This document shows positions 9,030-18,226 of a DNA stretch of 64,000 bases, piece by piece. The DNA comes from Armatimonadota bacterium. Its GTDB lineage: Bacteria > Armatimonadota > Fimbriimonadia > Fimbriimonadales > Fimbriimonadaceae. The position numbers were made by a program, and so were the translations under genes. The stretch's first letter is position 1; each line of letters starts with the position of its first letter. The stretch spans positions 1 through 64,000 of the forward strand of contig JANNQV010000020.1 in assembly GCA_031400935.1 (NCBI GenBank). Direction: 5' to 3'. The notes beneath the pieces were generated by a model. That model ran no database searches, was not told the origin of the DNA, and was given only the letters and a program-made list of their open reading frames with translations.

Positions 9030-9824
9030 TTACGGCATCGGAGGACGAACAAACATTACCGACTGCTTAACCTTGGTCAAGATCGAGCGCAGCGCTTTTA
9101 CTTCTCTGTCCATTTCTTGAGGGTTTGTGGTCATTGCAGCGACTAGGGTGTGGGCATTTTCGTCGTCCATGATTTCTGAAATGGTCGCACCGACTTCTCT
9201 TCCTCTGTCAATTCGGCGCTTGCACTGAACGTGTTCCGCTTCAAAAATAGGTTCAACTTCGTGCAGAGCCTTCATTGCGGCCTCTTCTTCCTTTGGCAGC
9301 GGGGCTTGCAATGGAAGGTCGCGTGGAATGTAGATAATGTAGGCTAAAATCACTTCGGCTTGCATAATCCGAGCCATTTGAATGCTCGCCAAGGCACCTG
9401 ACTTGTCGCATGGATCACCCGTCACATAGAGGACGATTCGGGAATGAACTTCCGGGAGTTTTTTCTTCTTTTCGCCGTGCACTACTTCCACATGCAAAAG
9501 GTCTAGAGACTTGCGGGCCTCCTCGACGGTGGCTGCAATTGGAAGTTGTGATCGGACTTCAGGAGTGGCTCGAATTGCCTCCAAAACGTGTGGCGGGACG
9601 CTTGCCACAATGATTCGGGTGTTTTGGTTTTCAATTAAATTGAGCGCATCCCGAAAAGTTTCTGCACCTTCCGTTGTGCATTCTGTGATGGCACTGCAAT
9701 CAATGATTACACCGCTAGGATGGCGTTTCAGCGTAAGGGAAATCGCGGTGTGAATCGTATCCCAGAAGTTCGAGCGCAGCGCGCCCGAAAGAATAATTAC
9801 GTCTTCGTAGGATTCGACGATCAT
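9030..9824 (-). CDS. STAS domain + universal stress protein (USP) domain fusion
   Basis: N-terminal STAS-like (VIIDCSAI); C-terminal USP-like (LAYIIYIPRDLPL, GREVGATI); 4-bp overlap with the upstream transporter. Confidence 0.7.
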   Translation of the reverse strand: MIVESYEDVIILSGALRSNFWDTIHTAISLTLKRHPSGVIIDCSAITECTTEGAETFRDALNLIENQNTRIIVASVPPHVLEAIRATPEVRSQLPIAATVEEARKSLDLLHVEVVHGEKKKKLPEVHSRIVLYVTGDPCDKSGALASIQMARIMQAEVILAYIIYIPRDLPLQAPLPKEEEAAMKALHEVEPIFEAEHVQCKRRIDRGREVGATISEIMDDENAHTLVAAMTTNPQEMDREVKALRSILTKVKQSVMFVRPPMP

Positions 9825-11647
9825 TTTAAGAAGTACCTTACATTGGTGATGACCACATTCTTTCGCGATGCCAGGGCAATTTTGAGCGGAATCGCAGCAT
9901 TATTGTGAAGCAAGCCATGCCACCATCGCTTCGGAACGGCTTGTGGCACGATGACTGTAATCATGTGATTCGGCTCTTCGGCAATGGCTTGATCTACGTA
10001 GTCAATCACGGGTTCTAGTAGCGATCTGTAGGGCGATTCAACGATGACAAGAGGAATGTCTGCTCCAAATTTCATCCAGTCTTGTTTGATTTGGTCTGTG
10101 TTTTTGGGATCAAGCGTAACATGAATGGCTCGAACATCATGGGCTAGAGTTTGAGCGTACGCGATGGCGTGAAGTATGCCTCGATGCAAACGAGGGACAA
10201 GCAGAATAGCAGTCGAGCGCATTTCCTTAACTCCGTCTTGAGGCTGCAAAGAAAGTTCGCGCGCCAAATAGTCGTAGTGCAATCGAATTCGCCAAAACAA
10301 GAGCATCAAAAGCCCTACTGCGATAACGATTAGCCATGCACCTTGAAAGAACTTTGTACCGAGGATCACGCACATGACCACAAAGGTGACGATTGCTCCA
10401 AAGAGGCTAACCATCTGTTTCCAAATTGCTGATTTCTCTTTAGCTAACTTTCTGTACATTCCAGCTTGGCTAAGCGTAAAGGAAGTAAAAACGCCAACCG
10501 CATAAAGTGGAATCAGCAACGCTGTTTGTCCGCGAAAAGCAATGATCAGCGTGCTTGAAACAATGGTCAGCAAGATAATTCCGTTTTGGAAAACCAATCG
10601 GTCTCCGACCGACAAGAGTTGCCGGGGAAGATAGCCGTCCTTTGCAATAAAACTAGATAGCCTTGGAAAATCAGCAAATGCCGTATTTGCCGCGAGCACC
10701 AAAATAAATGCAGTGGCGATCTGCAAAGCAAAATAGAGCCATTGAGGAAAAACAACAGAGGCTATTTGTGCAATCAAAGTCTTGTAGCCTTCGTCGTGCT
10801 CATTCATTGGAATCACGACAAAGTGCTGCGAGAGCCAACTGATTCCAAGGAACATTACGAGCAAGATCCCAGCCATCATGCCCAAAGTTACTGAGGCATT
10901 TCTTGACTCAGGAGGTTTGAACGCCTGAACTCCATCGGCAATAGCTTCGACTCCAGTCAATGCAGTACAGCCTGCTGCAAACCCTTTGAGCACCAAAAAT
11001 ATCAAAGCCCAACTTTCGATTCTTTCTAGCCCGGGAATCACCGGTGCTGGACCCGGATTCGTGTGGTTCATGACCATGTAGCCACCTGTGCCTATGAGAA
11101 CTAGCACAAGTAAGACGAACGAATAAGTTGGAATCGCAAACAGGAGCCCGCTCTCCTTTGCCCCTCGTAGGTTAATCAGGCCAACGAGAACTACCGCCCC
11201 CACTCCCATTTCTATTACATAGTTCTGCAAACCCGGAGCCATAGAAATGATCGCGCCAACACCAGCAGTGACGGATACAGAAACGGTCAAGACATAATCT
11301 ATGAGAAGTGAGGCCCCAGCAATTCGCCCAGCAACTGAACCTAGGTTTTCGGTGGAGACTCGATAAGAGCCTCCTCCCATCGGATAAGCGAGGATCGTCT
11401 GAAAATAGCTCGCAGAGACAATGAGAAGCAAGGCACCAATGCCAAGCGAAATGGGCATCGTAAGACCGACAATTGCGAATCCCACAAAGGCATGCATGAT
11501 CTGCTCGGTGGCATAAGCGACCGACGAGAGCGCATCTGATGCAAAAACCGGCAGCGCAAAAACCTTTGGCAATCGTTCTTGGTGAGCGTGCTTGCGATGG
11601 ATCGGCTTGCCGAAGAGGATTCGCCTGAATTGAGTAAACAACGACAT
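9821..11647 (-). CDS. kimA: APC-superfamily K+/H+ importer, KimA/YdaO-like
   Basis: SDALSSVAY, LLIDYVLT, TGVEAI and ESPYRS motifs characteristic of KimA; about 12 TM segments plus a cytosolic domain. Confidence 0.8.
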   Translation of the reverse strand: MSLFTQFRRILFGKPIHRKHAHQERLPKVFALPVFASDALSSVAYATEQIMHAFVGFAIVGLTMPISLGIGALLLIVSASYFQTILAYPMGGGSYRVSTENLGSVAGRIAGASLLIDYVLTVSVSVTAGVGAIISMAPGLQNYVIEMGVGAVVLVGLINLRGAKESGLLFAIPTYSFVLLVLVLIGTGGYMVMNHTNPGPAPVIPGLERIESWALIFLVLKGFAAGCTALTGVEAIADGVQAFKPPESRNASVTLGMMAGILLVMFLGISWLSQHFVVIPMNEHDEGYKTLIAQIASVVFPQWLYFALQIATAFILVLAANTAFADFPRLSSFIAKDGYLPRQLLSVGDRLVFQNGIILLTIVSSTLIIAFRGQTALLIPLYAVGVFTSFTLSQAGMYRKLAKEKSAIWKQMVSLFGAIVTFVVMCVILGTKFFQGAWLIVIAVGLLMLLFWRIRLHYDYLARELSLQPQDGVKEMRSTAILLVPRLHRGILHAIAYAQTLAHDVRAIHVTLDPKNTDQIKQDWMKFGADIPLVIVESPYRSLLEPVIDYVDQAIAEEPNHMITVIVPQAVPKRWWHGLLHNNAAIPLKIALASRKNVVITNVRYFLK

Positions 11648-11653
11648 AAGATG

Positions 11654-12718
11654 TTAGCTTTCGATTCTGCGAATTCCGGTCAACTTCAGTTTACGATCAA
11701 ACTCGCAATAAACGCGGGGCATAGAAGTTATACCAAGTGCGCGGCGCGGATTGATGGAGCATAGCCGAATTGCGGTTTCAACTCCAAAATCCTCAGAAAG
11801 ATTTTGAAAGGCGTCGAGAAGTGTGATTCCGCTCCCTGCAAGTGTATCTGTGCCTGCGAGATAAACGCATTTCGAGCCCGTTTCAACCTGCTGTCCCCAC
11901 ATTTCAAAGCTGGTTCCCTTTGGCAGTCCAGTCGCGGCTGAACTGTCGCTTACTGCAATTACAGCATCCTGGCCTTTGCTTTGAAGCAAAATTTCCGCTG
12001 ATTCTTTGCAAACATGAATTCTGTCGTAAATGAGTTCGCAATTCAAAGTGGGGTTTTTGAGGGCATAGCCAGCGATTCCCGCTTCGCGATGATGGAATCC
12101 ACGCATGGCGTTAAAGGTGTGCGTAACATGGGTGGATCCAAATTCAAATCCAAACCGGGCTTCGTCATAAGTGGCATTTGAATGGCCCATGCTCACGATC
12201 ACACCGCGTTTTTGAAGCCGGGCTATGAGTGCAAGGGCGTTGGGTCGCTCGGGAGCAAGTGTTACCACTCTCAGCTTTGGGTGATCCAGAATATCGTCCC
12301 ATTCAGATTCTATGAGCGGCGGATCTACAATGCTTTGTAGTGGTTGCGCCCCGGGAAATTCCGGGCTGAGAAACGGCCCTTCTAAGTGAATTCCAAGAAT
12401 CATTGGATGATCCGGCATCGAATTGATCGCGTTTCGAACATCAATTGCTGACGCAGTTACCGTGGTTGGCAGAAAACCTTCGTACCCGCAAGCTGCAAGT
12501 TTGTCTGATAAGGCAATCAGGTCATCGGAAGTTGCGGACATGAAATCCATGCCAAAAGCGCCATGGAAATGAATATCAACGAACCCAGGCAGCAGGATGA
12601 TGTCGGCGGCCAAGGAAACCTTTTCAAATTCTGGAGTATCGCTTGACCAATCTACAAAATACGCTCCAAACCCATTAGGACCGAGAACGTCTGCAATGTA
12701 GCCTAAGGAGCCAGACAT
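11654..12718 (-). CDS. nagA: N-acetylglucosamine-6-phosphate deacetylase
   Basis: PGFVDIHFHG, GIHLEGPF, THTFNAM, TLAGS motifs. Confidence 0.93.
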   Translation of the reverse strand: MSGSLGYIADVLGPNGFGAYFVDWSSDTPEFEKVSLAADIILLPGFVDIHFHGAFGMDFMSATSDDLIALSDKLAACGYEGFLPTTVTASAIDVRNAINSMPDHPMILGIHLEGPFLSPEFPGAQPLQSIVDPPLIESEWDDILDHPKLRVVTLAPERPNALALIARLQKRGVIVSMGHSNATYDEARFGFEFGSTHVTHTFNAMRGFHHREAGIAGYALKNPTLNCELIYDRIHVCKESAEILLQSKGQDAVIAVSDSSAATGLPKGTSFEMWGQQVETGSKCVYLAGTDTLAGSGITLLDAFQNLSEDFGVETAIRLCSINPRRALGITSMPRVYCEFDRKLKLTGIRRIES

Positions 12719-13764
12719 ATTCCTCCCGCGCTCCGAATGATTTTGCCATCTAGCTCCAGCATTGTAAGTTCAGACATGATTTCAGATGGGTCAGCTGCAA
12801 GCTCACTCACAATTTTTTCGGGAGCCAGCGGTACGGAGCTGAGCTGAGCCAAGATTTTCTTTTGAATTTCTGTCATCTCATCCCTTGAAACTTGTTTCGG
12901 ATCTGTGTAAATCTTGAGGTCTTCAAGAATCTGTTCCGGGTGATCCACTAATGTGGCTCCAGACCGAATCAATTCATGCGATCCACGAAAACTCAGTTGT
13001 CCTATGTTGCCCGGAACCACATAAACAGGCTTTCCCATCTCATTAGCCCGATTTGCCGTATGGATGGAGCCAGATGCTTCTGGCGCTTCTATGATCAGCA
13101 CTGCGTCTGATAGTGCCGCCAGTGTCCAATTCCGAGCCAGAAACGAATCGTGCCTCGGCATAAACCCGCAGGCAAACTGGCTGATTAGACAACCAGATTC
13201 TGCAATTGACTCATACAAACCCTTATGCGAGACCGGATAAGACTGGTCAATCCCGCATGGCAATACGGCTACCGTATTACCCTTTACGTCCAAAGCACCC
13301 TTGTGTGCGGCAGCATCAATGCCAAATGCCCCGCCGCTAAGAATGGTCACGCCTGCCCTTGAAAGAACTTCACTAAATTTGATCGCGCATGCCTTACCAT
13401 AGGAACTTGCGCCTCTTGTTCCGACGATTCCTACACATGGTTCTTGCAAAATGCGTGGGTAGCCTCGAGCGAACAATGCCGGCGACATTCCAGGAGTCTC
13501 ACGATATTTTTGTGGCAAAAGCTCATCAACGAGAATTTGTGCGTCTTTTCGTTTGGCTCTTTCTATTGCCTCGGAATAATCGGCATTCGCTCGTTTAGCT
13601 TCGTTGGATGTTAGTTCAGAATAGCGTAAGAGCAGGTCAATGGCTTGTTGCTCGGAAGATGCGTCTGCAACATTCGCCAGAACTCTTTCACATTTAGCAC
13701 TTGGCAGCTCCATCGAAAGAAAGAGCTGCCAAAAATGAATATCTGAATTTGGACGAGATCCCAA
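12703..13764 (-). CDS. dprA: DNA-processing protein DprA
   Basis: IVGTR, SGGAFGIDAAAH, FLARN, EAPEASGSIHTA; C-terminal winged helix. Confidence 0.93.
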   Translation of the reverse strand: MGSRPNSDIHFWQLFLSMELPSAKCERVLANVADASSEQQAIDLLLRYSELTSNEAKRANADYSEAIERAKRKDAQILVDELLPQKYRETPGMSPALFARGYPRILQEPCVGIVGTRGASSYGKACAIKFSEVLSRAGVTILSGGAFGIDAAAHKGALDVKGNTVAVLPCGIDQSYPVSHKGLYESIAESGCLISQFACGFMPRHDSFLARNWTLAALSDAVLIIEAPEASGSIHTANRANEMGKPVYVVPGNIGQLSFRGSHELIRSGATLVDHPEQILEDLKIYTDPKQVSRDEMTEIQKKILAQLSSVPLAPEKIVSELAADPSEIMSELTMLELDGKIIRSAGGICLAP

Positions 13765-13778
13765 AGGTATGTCTATGC

Positions 13779-15365
13779 TTAGACTCCTCCGGCTCCGCCG
13801 CCACCGCCAAGGCCACCTCGGCCACCGCCCCCACCGGGACCAGTTGTATTGATGTTCGGGCGAGTTAACGGTCGAAGCGTATTATCAACCGTCAAGCCAA
13901 ATTCAGACACGGTCATATTTCCAAGCCAGTCACGCACCGTTACTTTGATCGCTTTCCGTCCATCCATCATTGGCCTATTCTTACCGACGGACGAGAAGCG
14001 AACGATTGCGAATCCATCGCGGCCAAATTCGTAATCGAGTTCTTGGCCGTTTGCAGAAATTGAAAGTGTTTTCGTATCTACGCCCGTTGCTTCATCGTCA
14101 ATCTTGAAGATAAGTTCCAATGGCGGGAGTCCCGAAACTTGCTCGCCTGGATAGGGCCAAAGCATTTTCACAGTTGGACCCGTTAGATCAACGCCTAATT
14201 GCTTGTCAAAAGCGCAAAGGCTTCCGTCTGATGTAAGCACATAAAGCGTTGTGCCGACAAAAACTGCCGGGCCAGATGCTGGAATCGCAACAATCTTAAT
14301 GTCTCGGCTGGCTCCGCCATTGCCACCGAGATTGCCACCACCTGTTCCACCACCCGAATTTGTTTGCGTCATTGTTCCGCCGATCGGGCGAACCAAATAG
14401 CTCCAAACAATGGCACCAGTTGAGGAGTCAATTAGGTTCAACGCTCCGTTTGTACAAGGAGCAAGAAACATCTTTCCTGAACCGCTTGGCGTTGTTACAG
14501 GGACTGAACCCAACTCAACCGCGGCTCGGCTCAAAGGTCGCCCAGAAATCGCATCAAAAGTTCTCGCTCGTCCATCACGAGTTACCACCATTGCGCCGCT
14601 TGCAGTAACTGCTGGACTATATATGAGCGGCTCTCCAACGTTCTGCTGCCATCTGGTTGAACCTGTTGTTGCGCTAAAGCAAGCGATGTATTGACCGGCA
14701 TTCATGTATAGGTAATCGCCGTAGATCACAGGCGTGGAGTCTGCTGAGCTCGAAGTGAACTTCTTTTGCCAAGAAATTCTTTGATTCAATACCGAGAGAG
14801 CAATCAAATCATTGGCTCCAGTCATGTAATAAACGTTGTTTCCGTTCGTTGCAAGAGCGCCAACCAGTCCGTTCGATATTCGGTACGGATTCTCCCAAGC
14901 TTGTTGGCCGTCGACCATGTTTAAAGCTACCAAACTGTTGTCATTCAATCCGACAACTAAAAACTTTCCAACAACGATGGGGCTTCCTTGGAACGGAATT
15001 GCGGAAAGGTATTGCCACTTCGCCAAACCGGTCTTAGAATCAACCGCGTAAATTACTTTGTTATCCGCCGCAGCGACGATAACTCCGTCGCAATGTTGGA
15101 CTCCATATCGAAAGTTGCCAGGAATCGGGTCAACATTTGGATATTTCCATTTTTGATTACCGCTGGTGCGGTCGAGGCCAAAGACTCGATTTCCGACTGC
15201 AACAAACGCCATCTCATCAACAATAACGGGCGAGCCTGATGGCGATACCGCAGAAAATTGCGACCATCGCCAAGCCATAGGCGCAGGGCCGTCAAACTGT
15301 GCATGCACCGATGCAGCTACGACAAGTATCGAAGCGCAGAACGTCAAATAGCGAACATTTCGCAT
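13779..15365 (-). CDS. Secreted PQQ-like/BamB beta-propeller protein with C-terminal Ig-like domain and Gly-rich tail
   Basis: Repeated LD..TG...W blades; signal peptide from ATG 15365 preceded by GGAGG. Confidence 0.8.
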   Translation of the reverse strand: MRNVRYLTFCASILVVAASVHAQFDGPAPMAWRWSQFSAVSPSGSPVIVDEMAFVAVGNRVFGLDRTSGNQKWKYPNVDPIPGNFRYGVQHCDGVIVAAADNKVIYAVDSKTGLAKWQYLSAIPFQGSPIVVGKFLVVGLNDNSLVALNMVDGQQAWENPYRISNGLVGALATNGNNVYYMTGANDLIALSVLNQRISWQKKFTSSSADSTPVIYGDYLYMNAGQYIACFSATTGSTRWQQNVGEPLIYSPAVTASGAMVVTRDGRARTFDAISGRPLSRAAVELGSVPVTTPSGSGKMFLAPCTNGALNLIDSSTGAIVWSYLVRPIGGTMTQTNSGGGTGGGNLGGNGGASRDIKIVAIPASGPAVFVGTTLYVLTSDGSLCAFDKQLGVDLTGPTVKMLWPYPGEQVSGLPPLELIFKIDDEATGVDTKTLSISANGQELDYEFGRDGFAIVRFSSVGKNRPMMDGRKAIKVTVRDWLGNMTVSEFGLTVDNTLRPLTRPNINTTGPGGGGGRGGLGGGGGAGGV

Positions 15366-15585
15366 GTGAGCCAATTCCTCCAAATCTGGTTCCAAAGAAC
15401 CTTACAGACATTGTAGCGGGGATGCGCATAGAAAGTCTAGGCGCATTGCTAGGCTTATGACGCTTCTTACATCAAGAATGGCACGGTGAAATTCTACTTA
15501 TAGAGCTAAATGCTCGAAATTTGCAGACGAAGAAGCGACACTTCTTTTGGCTTTGCAGGATGTAGCAATACACTTTTCGGGAGAT

Positions 15586-15662
<77 letters not shown>

Positions 15663-15724
15663 GGAACGATTCAGCAGAATACCATAGAATCTGCCAACTC
15701 GAAATACCCTTTGAGCCTGAACCG

Positions 15725-16513
15725 CTAGTCTTTTTTGCTTGACTTCTTACTCTTCACATTCTGAACAACAGGAGTCCCATGAATTCTCGCCGCGATTTCA
15801 GCAAGTTGAATTGACTCCAAACTCTTCACTCCAGAGCTCGTAAGAATCGCCGCAGTCGGAAGAACTTTCCCAAATCCGCCTGTGGCAGAATCGAGTTCCG
15901 CAGCGATATCAAGCATTTGAAAGCCGTCTTCGAGCACTTCGTCTAGCGGACGAGTTTCAAATGCACCCTTGGTTCGGCCTAAATATTCAAAAATCCCTCG
16001 AATTCTCTCAGATCCCGACCCCGCGCAAGCGTAGTGCGTGTTCTCAAATCTGGCACCGGCCGCATCAAAGAAATAGAGGCTGAATTTGCCAGTTGCTTTG
16101 TCAAAAGCAGCCAAGATTGGCAAAAACAATCCGCCACCATTTGCCAAGGCAGCGATGTTTCCTGCCAGCGCCTTTGAAACCTCCATCAGTTTTCCTTCTA
16201 GAGAAAGCTCGTCAAATACGACTCGGCGATAGTACTTGAACGAGTGCTTGAGAAATCGAGTGACTTCGACCGCCCTTGCAAATGCGCCTGAAATTGCCAC
16301 GACCGTAGATTCGTCAAGATTGCAAATCTTGTCGGCTTGATCAAACATGATCAAGTTGCCCATCGTCGCCCGACGATCCGCCAGAACTAGAATCCCCTGG
16401 TCGTACCGAAGTGCGAGCACCGTCGTGCCGTGAGTTTCTTCCGGCGGCACAGATTCCCAAGATTTCGGCGGGAAGCCCACAAGATCGGAAAATGAAGTTG
16501 CTGTAACGCTCAT
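15725..16513 (-). CDS. prcB: 20S proteasome beta subunit (Ntn hydrolase)
   Basis: Propeptide ending HG|TT (catalytic Thr1), ADRRATMG, GSGS, DSATGG motifs. Confidence 0.9.
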   Translation of the reverse strand: MSVTATSFSDLVGFPPKSWESVPPEETHGTTVLALRYDQGILVLADRRATMGNLIMFDQADKICNLDESTVVAISGAFARAVEVTRFLKHSFKYYRRVVFDELSLEGKLMEVSKALAGNIAALANGGGLFLPILAAFDKATGKFSLYFFDAAGARFENTHYACAGSGSERIRGIFEYLGRTKGAFETRPLDEVLEDGFQMLDIAAELDSATGGFGKVLPTAAILTSSGVKSLESIQLAEIAARIHGTPVVQNVKSKKSSKKD

Positions 16514-16698
16514 TCTCCCGACCTTTGCCGATACTTTTTAGCTTGATCGGGGTCAATTTTCTTCATCCGGTCCAGTAGCGGATTGGATGGCTTGGGTTGT
16601 CCTACGTCAGGCCTCTTCGGAGCTGTATCATCGCCATGCTTTTCCGACCGTTCGGGGGTGACCTCTCGGCGAATTCGGTCTTCAATTCTAATTTCCAT
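16510..16698 (-). CDS. ubact: UBact (Pup-like prokaryotic ubiquitin-like modifier)
   Basis: 62 aa, disordered-looking, LLDRMKKIDPDQAKKYRQRSGE C-terminus (R[ST]G[EQ]); lies between dop and prcB. Confidence 0.88.
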   Translation of the reverse strand: MEIRIEDRIRREVTPERSEKHGDDTAPKRPDVGQPKPSNPLLDRMKKIDPDQAKKYRQRSGE

Positions 16699-18223
16699 TT
16701 AATCCTCGAATCCAATCAATAAATGATTCTACGCTGGAAAAGTCTCTCCCGACCACGGTTCCGTGCCAATTTGGCGGCAAATCTACACAAATTTTCCTTT
16801 CGTCTATAAGAAAAGTGATTGTCCTCCAGTTGCAATTCTCGATAAATTCTCGAAAATGGTGGAGCGCGTAGCTACGAATTTCGCTTCGGCATTGCGTCGG
16901 AAAGAAGTTCAGCACTTTTGAAACTGACTCATTGCTCATTATCGAATCGTCAACCGCGTCGGACTCAATCAGGGCTTGGTACAGCCCTTCTGTGGGGTCA
17001 ATGTTGTGATACTCAAGATCAAACGAGCGAAGATGAGCTTCATCCCATGTGCCATATGTTTGCTCGACAAACGACTCCAGCATGGCTAGTTTCGCGGCCC
17101 AATCTATGTGGCGTTTCAGTCTGGGGTCAAACTCGCGGACCATTTCGAGCAACATCCGGCACTCCGGAATGACTTGAAGTTCCGTAAATGGGATCAAGTA
17201 AGGATCGCCGCCAACATTTGAATCAATGCTCGCCATTATTTTGAGCCAGCCCTGTCGCTCAGCAGCTTCAAAATAGGATTCAAGAATTTCGTAAGCGTTT
17301 GTAAAAGAACCATCCGCGAGTTCAATTTGAAATACTCGAGATACGTCGCGTGAAATTGATTGGATAGCCGCTACTGGGCTCTTTAGGCTCCATACTGGGG
17401 CTTTGCCAGCTATCGCAAGCTGAATCGCCAATTTGGTCAAAGCGAGCTTTCGCGCAGTTGTCGCGAGGTTCATATTCGCATCGCCGCAAATCACATGAAG
17501 CCGCATCCAATTGTTACCGTCGGCATGGGGTTCGTCGCGAGTATTGAAAATCGGCCTTTTGAAGAGAGTGTCAATGCTGAGAACTGTCTCGCAAAAATCT
17601 GCCCTTTGTGAAAGTTGGAATTTACAATTGCTTCCGTTTTCGGAGCCAACTTTCCCAGCACCAACCAAAATCTGTCTGACAACGAGCATTGGCAATACAG
17701 CTTCAAACAGTTTCTCCCAACCGACTGAGCGAGGGACCAAACAACTCTCATGGCATCCATAGGTCGCTCCATGAAAGTCTGTGTTGTTTTTGTAGAGGTT
17801 GGCCGTTAGCCCCGTTGTTTCCTCAAATCGGGCGGCGGCTCTTCTTACGGCAAATTCTCCAGCCCGATCCAAGACTGCACACGCAAAGGCAGAAGTACAT
17901 TCAGGAGTCGCAAATTCGGGATGCCCGTGGTCGTTGTAAAGCCTTGCGCCATTCAAAAGGATTCGATCCGATCTTAGTTCGGAGTCTGTTGATTTCGATT
18001 TTTTCTTGTCAAATTTTGCGTCTTCAGGATCAACTTGCAGTTTTTCAACTTGGAATCCTCTTAAGTCGGCGCGAGGCCATTCTGATGAGTAATCCCAACC
18101 TAAAAAGCACTCGTCCGGATAACTCCGGACGAGTGCTCTTGATAGTTCAATCTGATCTTCTGCGCCCTTGCCTTCTACGAACAGTCCGTATTCGGTTTCA
18201 AGTCCACAGAGAATCGGCTCCAT
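16688..18223 (-). CDS. dop: Dop-like depupylase/deamidase (PafA/Dop family)
   Basis: GLETEYG, Dop-loop WDY...DLRGF, NGARLYNDHGHPE, RDEPHAD, RLHVICGDAN. Confidence 0.85.
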   Translation of the reverse strand: MEPILCGLETEYGLFVEGKGAEDQIELSRALVRSYPDECFLGWDYSSEWPRADLRGFQVEKLQVDPEDAKFDKKKSKSTDSELRSDRILLNGARLYNDHGHPEFATPECTSAFACAVLDRAGEFAVRRAAARFEETTGLTANLYKNNTDFHGATYGCHESCLVPRSVGWEKLFEAVLPMLVVRQILVGAGKVGSENGSNCKFQLSQRADFCETVLSIDTLFKRPIFNTRDEPHADGNNWMRLHVICGDANMNLATTARKLALTKLAIQLAIAGKAPVWSLKSPVAAIQSISRDVSRVFQIELADGSFTNAYEILESYFEAAERQGWLKIMASIDSNVGGDPYLIPFTELQVIPECRMLLEMVREFDPRLKRHIDWAAKLAMLESFVEQTYGTWDEAHLRSFDLEYHNIDPTEGLYQALIESDAVDDSIMSNESVSKVLNFFPTQCRSEIRSYALHHFREFIENCNWRTITFLIDERKICVDLPPNWHGTVVGRDFSSVESFIDWIRGLNGN

Positions 18224-18226
18224 CGT

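Noticed and set aside
11648..11653. c-di-AMP (ydaO) riboswitch expected upstream of a kimA-like gene
   Set aside because: Only 6 bp separate nagA and kimA, leaving no room for a leader
16688..18223. Calling this gene pafA (ligase)
   Set aside because: The Dop loop (WDY...DLRGF) and DHGHPE match Dop rather than PafA
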